Source: Candidatus Coatesbacteria bacterium
Lineage (GTDB): Bacteria > RBG-13-66-14
DNA: 60,904 nt
Direction of reading: 5' to 3'
NCBI GenBank assembly: GCA_014728225.1
Contig: WJLX01000079.1
Span: 1 to 60,904 of the forward strand
Every line of letters starts with the position of its first letter. The first letter of the stretch is position 1. Below the pieces are notes generated by a model that saw nothing but the letters and a program-made list of their open reading frames with translations, made no database searches and was not told the DNA's origin. Positions 47,601 to 57,098 of the stretch are shown one piece after another. The position numbers and the translations under genes were made by a program.

Positions 47601-50600
47601 TCCGAGCGCTTCAACCGCGCCGTCGTCGAGCACCTGCCCCTGGGGGTCAGCGTGCGCACCACCGAGGGCCGCCTGATCCTGGCCAACGAGGCCTGGCGCC
47701 GCATCTGGGCCGTACCCGAGGACGAACTGGCCCGGGATCGCTCCGCGACGCGCGGTGAGTTGAGCTTCGACGAGCGTGACCATTACCTGGGCGACTGGCG
47801 CGACAAGGTCCGCAGCATCTACAGCGAGGGCGGCTACCTGCACATCCCGGAACTGGCGGTACTCGAGCCCCGGCCCGGCGGAGCGTTATGGGTCTCCCAG
47901 CACTTCTACGCCCTGACCGACGCCGACGGCGTCGTCAACCGGGTGGTGATCCTGACCGAGGACATCACCGAACGCAAGTTGGCCGAGGAGAAAGAACGCG
48001 AATACATCACCCACCTGTCCCTGTTGACGGAAACGGCGCTGGACTTCGTCCGGATGGATCCGGGCACCGACATCTTCGCCTACCTGGCCCGACGACTCTG
48101 CGGAATGCTCGACAACGCCCTGGTCACCGTATCGCAATACGACGCCCGGACCGAGCGGATGAAGGTGCGCTCGATTGAATGCTCGGCCGCTGAAGCCCCG
48201 CCGCTGGTGACCAGCCTGTGCAATAATCCCGAGCTGACCTACGAGCTGCCCGGTGAGGGCGACGTCAAGAGCCTGCACGGCGAGCTGGAGATCTACCCCT
48301 TCGACGACAACGTGCTGAAGCAGTGGGGGGTGCCCGACGAGCTGGTCGAGGGCCTGGCTGGGGAGCTGGGCGTCGAGGTGATCGCCTCGATGGGCCTGGT
48401 GCGCGAGGGCGTCCTCTACGGCATGGTCGATATCATCCTCCTCAACGGCGCCCGGATGACCAAGGGCGAGGTGGTGGAGACCTTCCTCAACCAGGCCTCG
48501 GTAGCGCTGCAGCGCACGCTGTCCGAGCGGGCCCTGGCCGAGAGTCGCGAAGCGCTGAGCCAGTACGCCGACAATGTGGCCGACGTCCTCTACCGCATCA
48601 ATCTCGAGCAGAACCGCTTCGAATTCGTCTCCCCGGCGGTGGAGCAGGTCTTGGGCTATGGAGTCGACGAGGTGATGCACCGTAGCGGCTTCGCCTTCAC
48701 CGAGGTCCTGCCCGCGGAGGAGAAGGACGCCTTCCTCGAGCGCCTGCGGGGCTTCCTCGCCACCGGTCCGACCGAGCGTCCCCTGGTCTTCGAGAGCCGG
48801 CTGCAGCGCCGTAACGGTGAGCTTTTCTGGGCCCGGCATTCGATCCGCTACGAGTGGGACGACGACGGCCACCCAGTGGCCGCCAGCGGCATCCTCTCCG
48901 ACATCACCGAGCGCAAGCGCACCGAGCTCGAGCTGGCGGATAGCGAGGAACGCTTCCGCCGCTTCGCCGGCGCCGTCACCGACACCATCTACCGCTTCGA
49001 CATCCGCCGCCAGGCCTACGACTTCATCAGCCCCTCCTGTGAGCGCCTGACCGGCTACAGCGCCGAGGAGTTCATCGAGGGGGCCCACGACATCTGGCGC
49101 CGGATCATTCATCCCGACGACATCGAGATGGTCTACCGCAAGCTCGACGAGCAGAGCGCCCAGCGTCGCCGCGAACACCGCTTCAGCATGGACTACCGTA
49201 TCCTGCACAAGGACGGCCGGACGATCTGGGTCAACGAGCGCGGCGACTACGAACTCGACGAGAACGGCGAGATCCGCAGCTACAACGGCGTCATCCGCGA
49301 TATCAGCGAAACCCGTGAGGCCGAGGCGGCTCTGGCGGAAAGCGAGCGGACCTACCGCAGCCTCTACGACACCACCCTGGCCCTGGCCGACGAACGCGAA
49401 CTCAGCAAGACCATCGCCGTCATCGCCGAGCACGCCACCAACCTGCTGGGCGCCGAGGAAAGCCATTTCTTTCTCCTCGACCACGACCACGGCGTCCTGC
49501 GGCCGATCTACACCAACAACGCCGCCTTCGCCGCCGAGATGGAGAGCTTCGAACTGCCCCTGGGAACCGGGCTCACCGGCCTGGTGGCCCAGAGCGGTCG
49601 GGGGCGCTTCATCAACGCCGGCGATCCCGAGCTCGAGCACGCCGTCCATCTGCCGGGCACCGATCCGGCGGTCGACGTCACCGAATCCCTGATCAGCGTG
49701 CCGGTCTTCGACGGCGAGCGGGTCAGCGGGGTGCTGACCCTGGGCAGCGGCCGCAGCCGCTTCGACGACGAGGATTTGCAGCGCCTGACCGTCTTCGCCC
49801 GTCAGGCCGAGATCGCCGTCAAGCGCGCCCGCTACCTCGAGCGCCTGGCCGAGTCCGAGGAGGTCTACCGCAGCCTCTATCAGACCACCCTGGCCGTCAC
49901 CGACAAGACCGATCTCGACGAGGTTCTAGAGGTGCTGGTCAACCAGGCCGGCAAGCTGCTCAAGGCGCGTTACTGCACCATCTACCGCCTGCTGCCCCGG
50001 CGCGGCGTCCTCCAGCCGCTCAAGACCACCTCCGCCGAGACCTACGATCAGGTGATGGCCTACCAGGTCGAGCTGGGCCGGGGGCTGACCGGCACCGTGG
50101 CCCGCACCGGCGTGGGCCGTTACGTCAACGCCGGCGACGAGGACCGCTCGGTCATCGCCCAGCTACCGGGAACGGAAAGCGAACTCGATCAGTACGAATC
50201 CCTGCTCTGCGAGCCGATCCTCGACGGCGACGAGGTCAGCGGTGTACTGACCCTTTCCAAGCTCTACGCCGCCTTCGATGATCGCGACCAGGAGATAATC
50301 CGCATCTTCGTCCACCTGGTCTCCCTGGCCCTGCGCCGGGCCGAGAACGTCGCCGCGCTGCGCGAGAGCGAACAGACCTACCGTCGGCTCTACGACACCA
50401 CCCTGGCTTTGGCCGACACCGACGAACTCGAGGTCTCGATCCGGGTCATCGCCGAGCACGCCGCCGAACTGATCGACGCCGCCGTCTGCATCTTCTACCG
50501 CTACGACGAGGAGCGGGAGAAGCTGGTCCCGATCTATACCAACGAACCCGAGGAACCCGACGAGGTGATGAGCTTCGAGGCGCCCCTGGGGATGGGGTTG

Positions 50601-53600
50601 ACCGGTCGCGTGGCCCAGAGCCGCCGCGGCGCCTACTCCAACTACGACGAAGACCAGCGCCCCGTGGCCACCATCCCGGGCACGACCAATCAGAGTAAAA
50701 CCAACTCCCTGATCGCCGTGCCCATCTCCGACAGCGATGAGTTGCTCGGGGTGATGACCCTGATCGCCCCCCGGCGGCGTTTCACCGACGAGGACCTCAA
50801 CCGCCTGGGCATTTTCTCCCGCCAGGCCGAAATCGCCGTCAAGCGCGCCCGCTACCTCAACGCCCTGGCCCAGAGCGAACAGACCTACCGCCGACTCTAC
50901 GACACCACCCTGACCCTGGCCGACACCGACGAGCTGGCGACGGCCGCCGAAGCTATCGCCCACCAGGCCAAGCTGACCCTGGAATCCCACTTCTGCATCG
51001 TCTTCCTCTACGAAGCCGACGACGAGCGGCTGGTGCCGCTCAGCGTCGACGCCCCCGCAGCCGTCGAGGAGCTCAAGGCGGCCGTCATGGCCCTGGGTGA
51101 GGGCCTGACCGGTCGGGTGGCCCGGGATCGGGAGGGAGCCTACGTCAACTATGACGAGCCGGAGCGCAAGGACAGGCACGTTCCGGGCACACCGGCCGAG
51201 GACGACGAGCGCCAGTCGACCATCGCCGAACCGATCATGGACGGCGAGAATCTGCTGGGCGCCGTCACCCTGGGGACCTACGACCGTCGCTACGATGACG
51301 ACGACCTGACCCAGCTGCGCGTTTTCGCCCGGTTGGCCGCCATCGCCGTCAAGCGTAACCAGTACATCCGGGCCCTGGCCGAGGGCGAGGAGACCTACCG
51401 CCGGCTCTACGAGACGACCCTCGTCCTGGCCGACAACGACGACCTGGACGAGGTCGTCGCCGTGATCGGCGACCAGGCGACCCAGATGCTCGATTCCAAC
51501 TTCTGCATCGTCTACACCTTCGACGAGGACGAGCAGGTCCTGCGACCGCTCTACACCAACACCGACACCGATCCGGACACGATCTATTCCTTCCGGCTCA
51601 AGCCCGGCGAGGGCCTGGTGGGCAGGGTGGCCGTCGAGCGCCGGGGTGCCTACGACAACTACAACGACCTCGAGCGCAAGGTCGTCTACATCGAGGGCAC
51701 CGACGACTCGACCGATCACCTGCAGTCGATCATCGCCGAACCGATCACCGACGGCGACCGCCTGCTCGGTGTCCTCTCCATCGGCCAGGTCGAGCGGGTC
51801 TACAACGAGGCCGACCTGGGGAAGCTGCGCATCTTCGCCCGCATGGCCGCCGTCGCCATTCTGCGCACGCGCAACCTCCACGCCCTGGCCGAAAGCGAGG
51901 AGAAACACCGCACCCTGGTCGAGCAGGCCACCGACGGCGTGATCATCGTCCAGGACGGCCTGATCAAGCTGGCCAATACGGCGATGGCCGAGCTTTCCGG
52001 TTTCTCCATCGACGAGCTGGTCGACACCCCCGTCAGTGAATATATCGATCCGGCGGACATCGACAAGGTGATGGACAACTACCGGCGGCGCCTGAACGGC
52101 GAAAGCGACGTGCCCCATATCTACGAGATCCAGGGCCTGACCAGGGACGGCAAACGTATCCCCCTGGAGCTCAACGCCGGGGTGATGACCTATCTGGGCC
52201 AGCGCGCCGTGCTGGTGCTGGTGCGCGACATCACCGAACGGCTCGAAGCCCGGGAGAGCATCCGCCAACTCAACTCCACCCTGCGGGCCCTGCGCAACAT
52301 CAGCCAGTTGATCACCGTCGAGAAGAACCCCGCCGAGCTGATCGACGGCGCCTGCGAGCAACTGACCCAAAGTCACTACGACCAGGCCTGGATCGTACTG
52401 CTCGACGACGACGGCGACGTCACCACCATGGCCTACCGCAGTTCCTTCGACAAGTCCCTTGAGGAGTCGGGCTATGAAACGACGGCCGATCTGCCCTTGT
52501 GCCTGCGGCGGATCGCCGAAGCCGAAGACAACGTCCTCGCCGGAAACTGCGACGACTGCCCCCTGTTCGACAACGGAAAAGTGAGTTATCTGGCCGCGCG
52601 TCTCGAATACGGCGACCGCGTTTTCGGCTATCTGTCCCTGGGCGGCATCGAAGGCAACGTCCCGGAGCGCGAGGAACGGGAGCTGATCGTCGAGCTGGCC
52701 AACGACCTGGCCTTCGCCCTGTACTCGATCGGGCTGGAGCGCAGCCAGGCCGAGACCGAGCGCCGCTCCCGCTACTACGTCGAGCACATCTCCGAGGGGG
52801 TCTGGTGCTTTGAACTCGAGCCCCTGTCCCTGGAGCGGCTCAGCGACCCCGCCCTGCGTGAAGCCAATCTCGAGCTGCTGTTTTCCGGGATCTGCGTGGA
52901 GTGCAACGACGCCCTGGCGGAGATGTACCTTACCCGGCGCGAGGAGCTGCTGGGCCGGCGGATGAGTGAGGTCTTCCCCCGGCGCGAAACCCTCCTCGAA
53001 CACCTGCAGCGCTTCCTGGACAACGACTGCCGCCTGGACAACAGCGTTTTCGGCGAGCTAACCCCCGCGGGCGAGCAGCGCTGGTTCATCGCCAGCATGT
53101 TCGGCGAGATCGTCGACGAACGCCTGGTCCGGCTCTGGGGTCGGCAGCTCGACATCACCGAACAACGTCGCGCCGAGGCCGAGCGTGATCGTCACCGCCG
53201 CGAGGTCCAGGCCATCTTCGACAACATGGACATCATGCTCTGGAGCATGCGCCTCGATGACGAGGGCTACCTGTACTACGAGCAGGTCAACCGCCCCTTC
53301 GCCGCCGTCGAGGGCCGAACGCCGGATTTCTACAACGGCGAGCGGATCGTCGATATCGCCGCCCCGGAGCAGGTCGCCGCCATGCGTCGGCGCTTCGAGC
53401 ATATCGCCGACGGAGCCGTCCACTCCTACGAACTCGATGTCGGCGCCGGCGAAAACCGGCGGGCCTTCGACATCCGGCTGATCCCCCTGCCCGAGGCCGG
53501 CGGCGAGGTCCGCTGGTTCATCGGCACCGCCATCGACGTCACCCGGCGCAAGCAGGCCCTGGAGGCCCTGCGGGAGAGTGAGGAGAAGTACCGGGCCTTC

Positions 53601-55460
53601 ACCGAAGAGGCCATGATCGGGGTCTACATCCTCAGCGGCGATGAGTTCATCTTCGTCAACCATCAAATGGAGGTTATCTCGGGTTACCCGGCCGCAGAGC
53701 TGCTGCGGATGGATCCCGTCGAGCTGGCCCCGGAAGCCGATCGCGGGAAACTGCTGGAACGCCGGCGCAGCCGGGGCACCGACGCCGGACTCTCCCCCGA
53801 GTTCATCACCCGCCTGGTCCGTAAGGACGGCGAGATCCGCAACGTCGAGATCCACGCCCGGCCGATCACCCTCGAGGGCAAAACCGCCATCCTGGGCAAC
53901 CTGATCGACATCACCGAGCGGCGGCGGGCCCAGCAGGCCCTGGCCGAAAGCGAGGAGCGCTACCGCTCCATCTGGAACCGCTCGCCCATCGGCATCTGCC
54001 TGACCGACCGCGGCGGCGATCTGACGATGGCCAACCCGGCCCTGTGCGGCATGTTGGGCTATGACGAGGACGAACTCATCGGCAGCCGCTTCTACGACCT
54101 GTTGATCTTCGCCTACGATGAAAGCGAAAGCGGGGTCGAGGGACTGCTGTCCGGCAAACTCGATACCCAATCCTACCGCAACCAGTTCTCCCTGTTCAGC
54201 GGCAAGCCGACGGAGCTGGTCATGCGTCGCAAGGACGGCGGCTTGCTGCCCGTCGAGTTCACCGTGGACTTCATCTCCCGCGAAGGCTCGGTGCGCTACA
54301 TGATCGCCCTGATCACCGATATCACCGAGCGCAAGCGTGCCGAGGAGGCCCGGGCCAACTATCAGGCCGACCTCGAGCGCGAGGTGGCGGCCAAGACCGA
54401 GCAGCTCAGCATCGCCCGCCGCTACCTGCGCGACGTGCTGGACTCCTCGGGCGAGCTGATCACCGTCTGCGACGCCGCTGGCAACCTGGAGATCCTCAAC
54501 CGCACCGCCGCCTCGCTGACCGGCTACGACGAAGACGAGGTCCTCGGCGAACACATCTCGCTGTTCTACTATCAGAAGGACCTCAAGCTGCTCGGGGAAA
54601 TCCACAAGCGCATGACTGACGGCGGCGGTACGGCGGTGTTCCAGGTCGATATCCGCTGCCAGGACGGCAGCCCCCTGCCCGTCGAGCTGTCCGTCTCGCC
54701 CCTGCACGACGAGAACGGTGATTTCACCGGCTCCGTCGGCATCGCCCGCAACCTGCAGGAGATAGAAGACCTGCGCAAGGCCCTGCTGCAGTCGGAGAAG
54801 CTGGCCGCCATCGGCAAGCTGGCCGCCAGCATCGCCCACGAGGTCAACAACCCCCTCGGGGTGATCAAGAACTACCTGCAGATCGCCAAGCTGGACCTGG
54901 AAAGCGGCTCGGAGAAGTACCGCCTACTGGGGATCATCGAGGAGGAGGTCCAGCGCATCGTGCGGATCATCCAGGGCCTGCTCAACTTCTACCGCCCCGA
55001 AAGCACCACCGTGGTGGCCACCGATATCAACCGCATCATCGAGGACCTGTTGCTGCTGGTAGGTATCCAGCTCGAGAAGAACGACATCAGCGTCGAGAAG
55101 AATCTCGCCGAGACCCTGCCGCCCGTCATCGTGGCCCCGGACCAGTTCCGTCAGATCATGCTCAATCTGGTCACCAACGCCCAGGACGCCATGCCCGACG
55201 GCGGCGTGCTGGGCCTGGGCACAGCCTTCCGGGAGGGCCACGTAATCATCACCGTCAGCGACACCGGCCACGGGATCGCCAAGGGCGACCTGCCCAACAT
55301 CTTCGATCCCTTCTTCACCACCAAGGGCCAGAAGGGCACCGGCCTGGGCCTCTCGATCAGCTACGGCCTGATCAAATCCTTCGACGGCGAGATCGAGGTC
55401 GACAGCCGACCGGGACAGGGCTCGACCTTCACCATCCATCTGCCCAGCCGGGAAGCCTGA
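41670..55460 (+). CDS. Giant cytoplasmic multi-PAS/GAF sensor histidine kinase (4596 aa)
   Basis: About 20 PAS/PAC modules (ending in DITE-like motifs) and about 10 GAF modules; HisKA AASIAHEVNNPL; HATPase NLVTNAQDAM, DTGHGI, FDPFFTTK, GTGLGL; no TM segment seen. Confidence 0.93.
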   Translation: MMKDERKTKAQLIEELKELRRRLAELTSETVAELRGRGEVVDAAEKSGVDLYRLLVEHAPVGVLLADTGGNLKLVNEKLVELLGSPSTELTLAINLLEFQPLVESGFSGLFKSAADGGETLVQELSYRSHWGRELEARVQLTPILNADDRVEAVLGLIEDVSRVKLMERALEQTEHRYETLLDLVPDGVVIVDEELMVGAVNDRALEILGRGNRAKLLGTDGLALLGGREADKAADNAEKLRALGRTRGAEYELRRPDGETIIVGVRASVLGTAERPAGYLVILRDLTDYRRAEERLRRSEERLREVVEGAELGYWDWDIAAGTLHLNERWASMLGYSLDEVEASYEGWRELVHPEDLERVESELQRHLDGESEAYECEYRMRSADGGWSWILSRGKVRERDVAGQPLRAAGIHQDVGKRRRAELERDESRRRLQSFVEKVPDVLYRADLRAKRFEFLASSVERMLGYPYGEVWNDFKNFTLKVLHPDDRERVEDEVRTFIGNGPRDETLEITARMIRSDGRIIWVRDSIRYEWDDEGLAIVNGVMTDITSQVETEQSYRALVEEALVGVYIFHPPAEPDDPGRFMFVNDEMSRITGYSKDELLALDTGELTHPDDHRPLMDRMAERLEGREVPSRYTMRIRRRDGRTAVLRVSTRPITYRGRQAFLGNCSDVTETVNYEEELQSRVKHSETLADLSGVFFETAGREEILSRAADLLAESFPVFVSLNLLDAERGKLVMAEYRTDDKLLNFLNDLVGRPLDGWEIPLDQDSVISRTMTSGRPTVCGLDFTPDEEVEKTTLVEMLRAMVEEKSPLRRLAGRAAKRMGAAGLLGIPFIDSSGRIVGSLTVLSRETFGRDDYNLAKVAADQIGRALEQHRLNEELRASEERFRSVFSNVHLGVYRTTPDGRILLANQAMVEMMGFTTLEELLDHNLETNGYQPQLSRADFKRELEERGEIVGREYTWTKRDGRTLYVRESARAVRSPDGTVRYYEGTVEDLTERRRTEQALADSEEQYRLLAETADDVIIIHDIQGRIIYTNPAGVDKLGYTAAELIGSPIDDYLANSGDTAIDERRRRRRAGEQGVFSYEREVVARDDRRLLMEINSSMIEREGEPWGILLIARDITERRSAELELERANARLRALVEEKEAAEERYRSLQENLPLGVYRVTPAGEFIEVNDAFVKLFGFTDREELFQRRAVELYVDEERRTELMEAMRRDGVVNGFQARLHRADGQTFWVSIDVRAVRDAAGEVVYHDGILTDISAVKRAETVREVLFNIANAINTCESTDELYPLIHRNLSRIIDTTNFFITLYDREPNLLVFPYYVDSRKESLTEFPAEQTVSHYVIRSGETLLADDEVFDELIERGEIAPRGRMASPRVWLGAPLKRGDEVFGVVAVQNYDDPRTYDEHDRELLETVSSQIANAVDKLRTERALRDSENRFRTLYENMAGGVLIIDEEYVIRDINEHTCQITGYDRAELVGEPCDIICPKGSDSGECPIWAEGQDGFRGMDTTIKCRDGRLNPILKNANRIELDGRTYIIENFQDISDVKRAETVQDVLFAIANSINTCERLDDLYPIIHRNLARVLETTNFFIALFDESSNTLRFPYFADVDEILKEYPAEKTLCHYVVRRAEAVLVDSAGFDELAETGEIEPRGDLKRPRVWLGAPLKRGDEVFGVVAVQSYDDDAAYNDDDRELLQLIAHQIANAVDELQAEQALRESEERFRRMADNISDGLAIIEDGRVVYVNERLCEILQRERAEIEAGLTGIDIAAPDEVERLERLRRRTLESGEPLRSLEFWIERPDGERRCIHNRYSHSITPDGVRNRYVVTSDITERKLAERALRESEDKFRLISENSLMGILILQEGVIRYANRAMTDLTGYTPEELLAWDPGEFARLIHPEDRGFVIEQSTKKQRGETTGIIPHYSYRGVAKDGRIGWIDQYSTSISYQGAPAVLVMMVEITEQKRAEEALQESERFNRAVVEHLPLGVSVRTTEGRLILANEAWRRIWAVPEDELARDRSATRGELSFDERDHYLGDWRDKVRSIYSEGGYLHIPELAVLEPRPGGALWVSQHFYALTDADGVVNRVVILTEDITERKLAEEKEREYITHLSLLTETALDFVRMDPGTDIFAYLARRLCGMLDNALVTVSQYDARTERMKVRSIECSAAEAPPLVTSLCNNPELTYELPGEGDVKSLHGELEIYPFDDNVLKQWGVPDELVEGLAGELGVEVIASMGLVREGVLYGMVDIILLNGARMTKGEVVETFLNQASVALQRTLSERALAESREALSQYADNVADVLYRINLEQNRFEFVSPAVEQVLGYGVDEVMHRSGFAFTEVLPAEEKDAFLERLRGFLATGPTERPLVFESRLQRRNGELFWARHSIRYEWDDDGHPVAASGILSDITERKRTELELADSEERFRRFAGAVTDTIYRFDIRRQAYDFISPSCERLTGYSAEEFIEGAHDIWRRIIHPDDIEMVYRKLDEQSAQRRREHRFSMDYRILHKDGRTIWVNERGDYELDENGEIRSYNGVIRDISETREAEAALAESERTYRSLYDTTLALADERELSKTIAVIAEHATNLLGAEESHFFLLDHDHGVLRPIYTNNAAFAAEMESFELPLGTGLTGLVAQSGRGRFINAGDPELEHAVHLPGTDPAVDVTESLISVPVFDGERVSGVLTLGSGRSRFDDEDLQRLTVFARQAEIAVKRARYLERLAESEEVYRSLYQTTLAVTDKTDLDEVLEVLVNQAGKLLKARYCTIYRLLPRRGVLQPLKTTSAETYDQVMAYQVELGRGLTGTVARTGVGRYVNAGDEDRSVIAQLPGTESELDQYESLLCEPILDGDEVSGVLTLSKLYAAFDDRDQEIIRIFVHLVSLALRRAENVAALRESEQTYRRLYDTTLALADTDELEVSIRVIAEHAAELIDAAVCIFYRYDEEREKLVPIYTNEPEEPDEVMSFEAPLGMGLTGRVAQSRRGAYSNYDEDQRPVATIPGTTNQSKTNSLIAVPISDSDELLGVMTLIAPRRRFTDEDLNRLGIFSRQAEIAVKRARYLNALAQSEQTYRRLYDTTLTLADTDELATAAEAIAHQAKLTLESHFCIVFLYEADDERLVPLSVDAPAAVEELKAAVMALGEGLTGRVARDREGAYVNYDEPERKDRHVPGTPAEDDERQSTIAEPIMDGENLLGAVTLGTYDRRYDDDDLTQLRVFARLAAIAVKRNQYIRALAEGEETYRRLYETTLVLADNDDLDEVVAVIGDQATQMLDSNFCIVYTFDEDEQVLRPLYTNTDTDPDTIYSFRLKPGEGLVGRVAVERRGAYDNYNDLERKVVYIEGTDDSTDHLQSIIAEPITDGDRLLGVLSIGQVERVYNEADLGKLRIFARMAAVAILRTRNLHALAESEEKHRTLVEQATDGVIIVQDGLIKLANTAMAELSGFSIDELVDTPVSEYIDPADIDKVMDNYRRRLNGESDVPHIYEIQGLTRDGKRIPLELNAGVMTYLGQRAVLVLVRDITERLEARESIRQLNSTLRALRNISQLITVEKNPAELIDGACEQLTQSHYDQAWIVLLDDDGDVTTMAYRSSFDKSLEESGYETTADLPLCLRRIAEAEDNVLAGNCDDCPLFDNGKVSYLAARLEYGDRVFGYLSLGGIEGNVPEREERELIVELANDLAFALYSIGLERSQAETERRSRYYVEHISEGVWCFELEPLSLERLSDPALREANLELLFSGICVECNDALAEMYLTRREELLGRRMSEVFPRRETLLEHLQRFLDNDCRLDNSVFGELTPAGEQRWFIASMFGEIVDERLVRLWGRQLDITEQRRAEAERDRHRREVQAIFDNMDIMLWSMRLDDEGYLYYEQVNRPFAAVEGRTPDFYNGERIVDIAAPEQVAAMRRRFEHIADGAVHSYELDVGAGENRRAFDIRLIPLPEAGGEVRWFIGTAIDVTRRKQALEALRESEEKYRAFTEEAMIGVYILSGDEFIFVNHQMEVISGYPAAELLRMDPVELAPEADRGKLLERRRSRGTDAGLSPEFITRLVRKDGEIRNVEIHARPITLEGKTAILGNLIDITERRRAQQALAESEERYRSIWNRSPIGICLTDRGGDLTMANPALCGMLGYDEDELIGSRFYDLLIFAYDESESGVEGLLSGKLDTQSYRNQFSLFSGKPTELVMRRKDGGLLPVEFTVDFISREGSVRYMIALITDITERKRAEEARANYQADLEREVAAKTEQLSIARRYLRDVLDSSGELITVCDAAGNLEILNRTAASLTGYDEDEVLGEHISLFYYQKDLKLLGEIHKRMTDGGGTAVFQVDIRCQDGSPLPVELSVSPLHDENGDFTGSVGIARNLQEIEDLRKALLQSEKLAAIGKLAASIAHEVNNPLGVIKNYLQIAKLDLESGSEKYRLLGIIEEEVQRIVRIIQGLLNFYRPESTTVVATDINRIIEDLLLLVGIQLEKNDISVEKNLAETLPPVIVAPDQFRQIMLNLVTNAQDAMPDGGVLGLGTAFREGHVIITVSDTGHGIAKGDLPNIFDPFFTTKGQKGTGLGLSISYGLIKSFDGEIEVDSRPGQGSTFTIHLPSREA

Positions 55461-55644
55461 ACCGCAGGCGCAGGAAAACAAAACGGTCGGATAATAGAAG
55501 TTTGCACCCCAATTATTGTATGATTAACCCGCTGGTCGCCGTCGTCGCCGGCGAGTCGCCTCCCTTGTCCCCCAAACGATACCGGCGCCGGTCGACCCGC
55601 CACCCTCGCAACGTCGCGAACGGCTACACCCCAAACACACTCCG

Positions 55645-56778
55645 ATGTCCTCTACCACCAGCAGCACCGAACGCCGACGCCGTGTCGGCCCGCAGATCGA
55701 GCGCATCCTCGTCATCGACGATGAGCGGCGGATGTGCGAATCGATTCGCATCCTCCTCGAGAAGGAAGGCTACCGCGTCGTCACCGCCGCCGACGGCTCC
55801 GAGGGTATCGAGAAACTCAAGAGCGAGCGCTTCAGCCTCTGCATCGTCGACCTGATGATGCCCAAGGTCGACGGCTTCGAGGTGCTGGCCTACGTCCGCA
55901 ACAACCTGCCCCAGACCCTGGTGATCGTCATTACCGGCTACTCGTCGATGCGTTCGTCGATCGAGGCTCTGCGCGGCGGTGCCTACGACTACCTGACTAA
56001 GCCCTTCGACTTCGATATCTTCAAGCTGACCGTCGAGAAGGCCCTCGACAAGCTGCGCATCCAACGCCTCAACGACGAGTTCATCTCGATGATCACCCAC
56101 GACCTGAAAAACCCGCTGACCTCGATCATCGGCTACTGCTCGTTATTGCTCTCCGGCGCCTACGGCAAACTCGCCGGCGAGATCCTGCCACCCCTCGAAG
56201 GCATCAACACCAACGCCGAGCGCTTGCTCGACCTGATCAACGATTTCCTCGTCGTCAACAAGATCTCCGCCGAGGGGCTCAAGCTCGAACGCCAGCCCAT
56301 CCAGCTCAACAGCCTGCTCGAGCACCTCTCCGACAACGTCCAGGCCCAACTGGAGATCAAGAAGATCCACTTCACCCTGCGCCTCGACGCCGATATCCCC
56401 CCGGTCAAGTGCGACGCCCTGCAAATCGAACGGGTGATCAACAACCTACTGTCCAACGCCGTCAAGTTCACTCCGATGGGCGGCAGTATCTCGATTGCAT
56501 CGGGCGCCGACGACGACTGGGTCTGGTTCGCCGTCACCGACACCGGCACGGGCATCCCTCCCGAGCAACAAGAAGACATCTTCCAGAAATACTCGCGCAT
56601 CGACAAGAAGACCGAGGGCACCGGCCTGGGCCTGTTCATCACCAAGAGCATCGTCGACCTCCACCAGGGCTTGATCGAGATCGAGAGCACCCCGGGGGAG
56701 GGCTCGACCTTCACCGTCCGTCTACCCCTCCACCCCCCCGAAGAAAACACCGACGGTAACGGCGGCGGCGGCGGTTAA
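55645..56778 (+). CDS. Hybrid receiver-histidine kinase (REC-HisKA-HATPase)
   Basis: ILVIDDE, IVDLMMP (phospho-Asp), YLTKPF; MITHDLKNPL; NLLSNAVKFT, DTGTGI, GTGLGL. Confidence 0.93.
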   Translation: MSSTTSSTERRRRVGPQIERILVIDDERRMCESIRILLEKEGYRVVTAADGSEGIEKLKSERFSLCIVDLMMPKVDGFEVLAYVRNNLPQTLVIVITGYSSMRSSIEALRGGAYDYLTKPFDFDIFKLTVEKALDKLRIQRLNDEFISMITHDLKNPLTSIIGYCSLLLSGAYGKLAGEILPPLEGINTNAERLLDLINDFLVVNKISAEGLKLERQPIQLNSLLEHLSDNVQAQLEIKKIHFTLRLDADIPPVKCDALQIERVINNLLSNAVKFTPMGGSISIASGADDDWVWFAVTDTGTGIPPEQQEDIFQKYSRIDKKTEGTGLGLFITKSIVDLHQGLIEIESTPGEGSTFTVRLPLHPPEENTDGNGGGGG

Positions 56779-56905
56779 ACCAACCCGGGCGTCGACGTGT
56801 TACAATCTCGCGTGAAAACGAGCCTCGAACGCGGGCTCGCTTTTAGCGACGGGGCCGCACGTAATAATGGGCAGCCCACGACAAAGACCGGCACCGCTGA
56901 ACGAC

Positions 56906-57098
56906 GGCGCAAGACCCTTGAAAGCCCGGCCCGACGACCAGGCTCGTCTCCGCCCCGGAACCGGCACGGTTTTTGCGGAGGCGGACCGTTGTCGTCGCAC
57001 CAACGGGCGCCGAGATGCAAAAACCGTGCCGGTTCCGGGGCGGGTGGGGTCTCAGCGAAAGGCACAGGCCCCGGCGGGGCTTTCAAGGGTCTTGCGCC
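56906..57098. repeat. Nested-palindrome element, copy 8
   Basis: Perfect 22-bp outer IR ggcgcaagacccttgaaagccc; conserved inner core. Confidence 0.95.

Noticed and set aside
35822-54839. Long antisense ORFs (e.g. 35822-39844, 44313-47843, 50163-53003, also 7260-9503)
   Set aside because: Shadow frames opposite real high-GC genes; no recognisable motifs.
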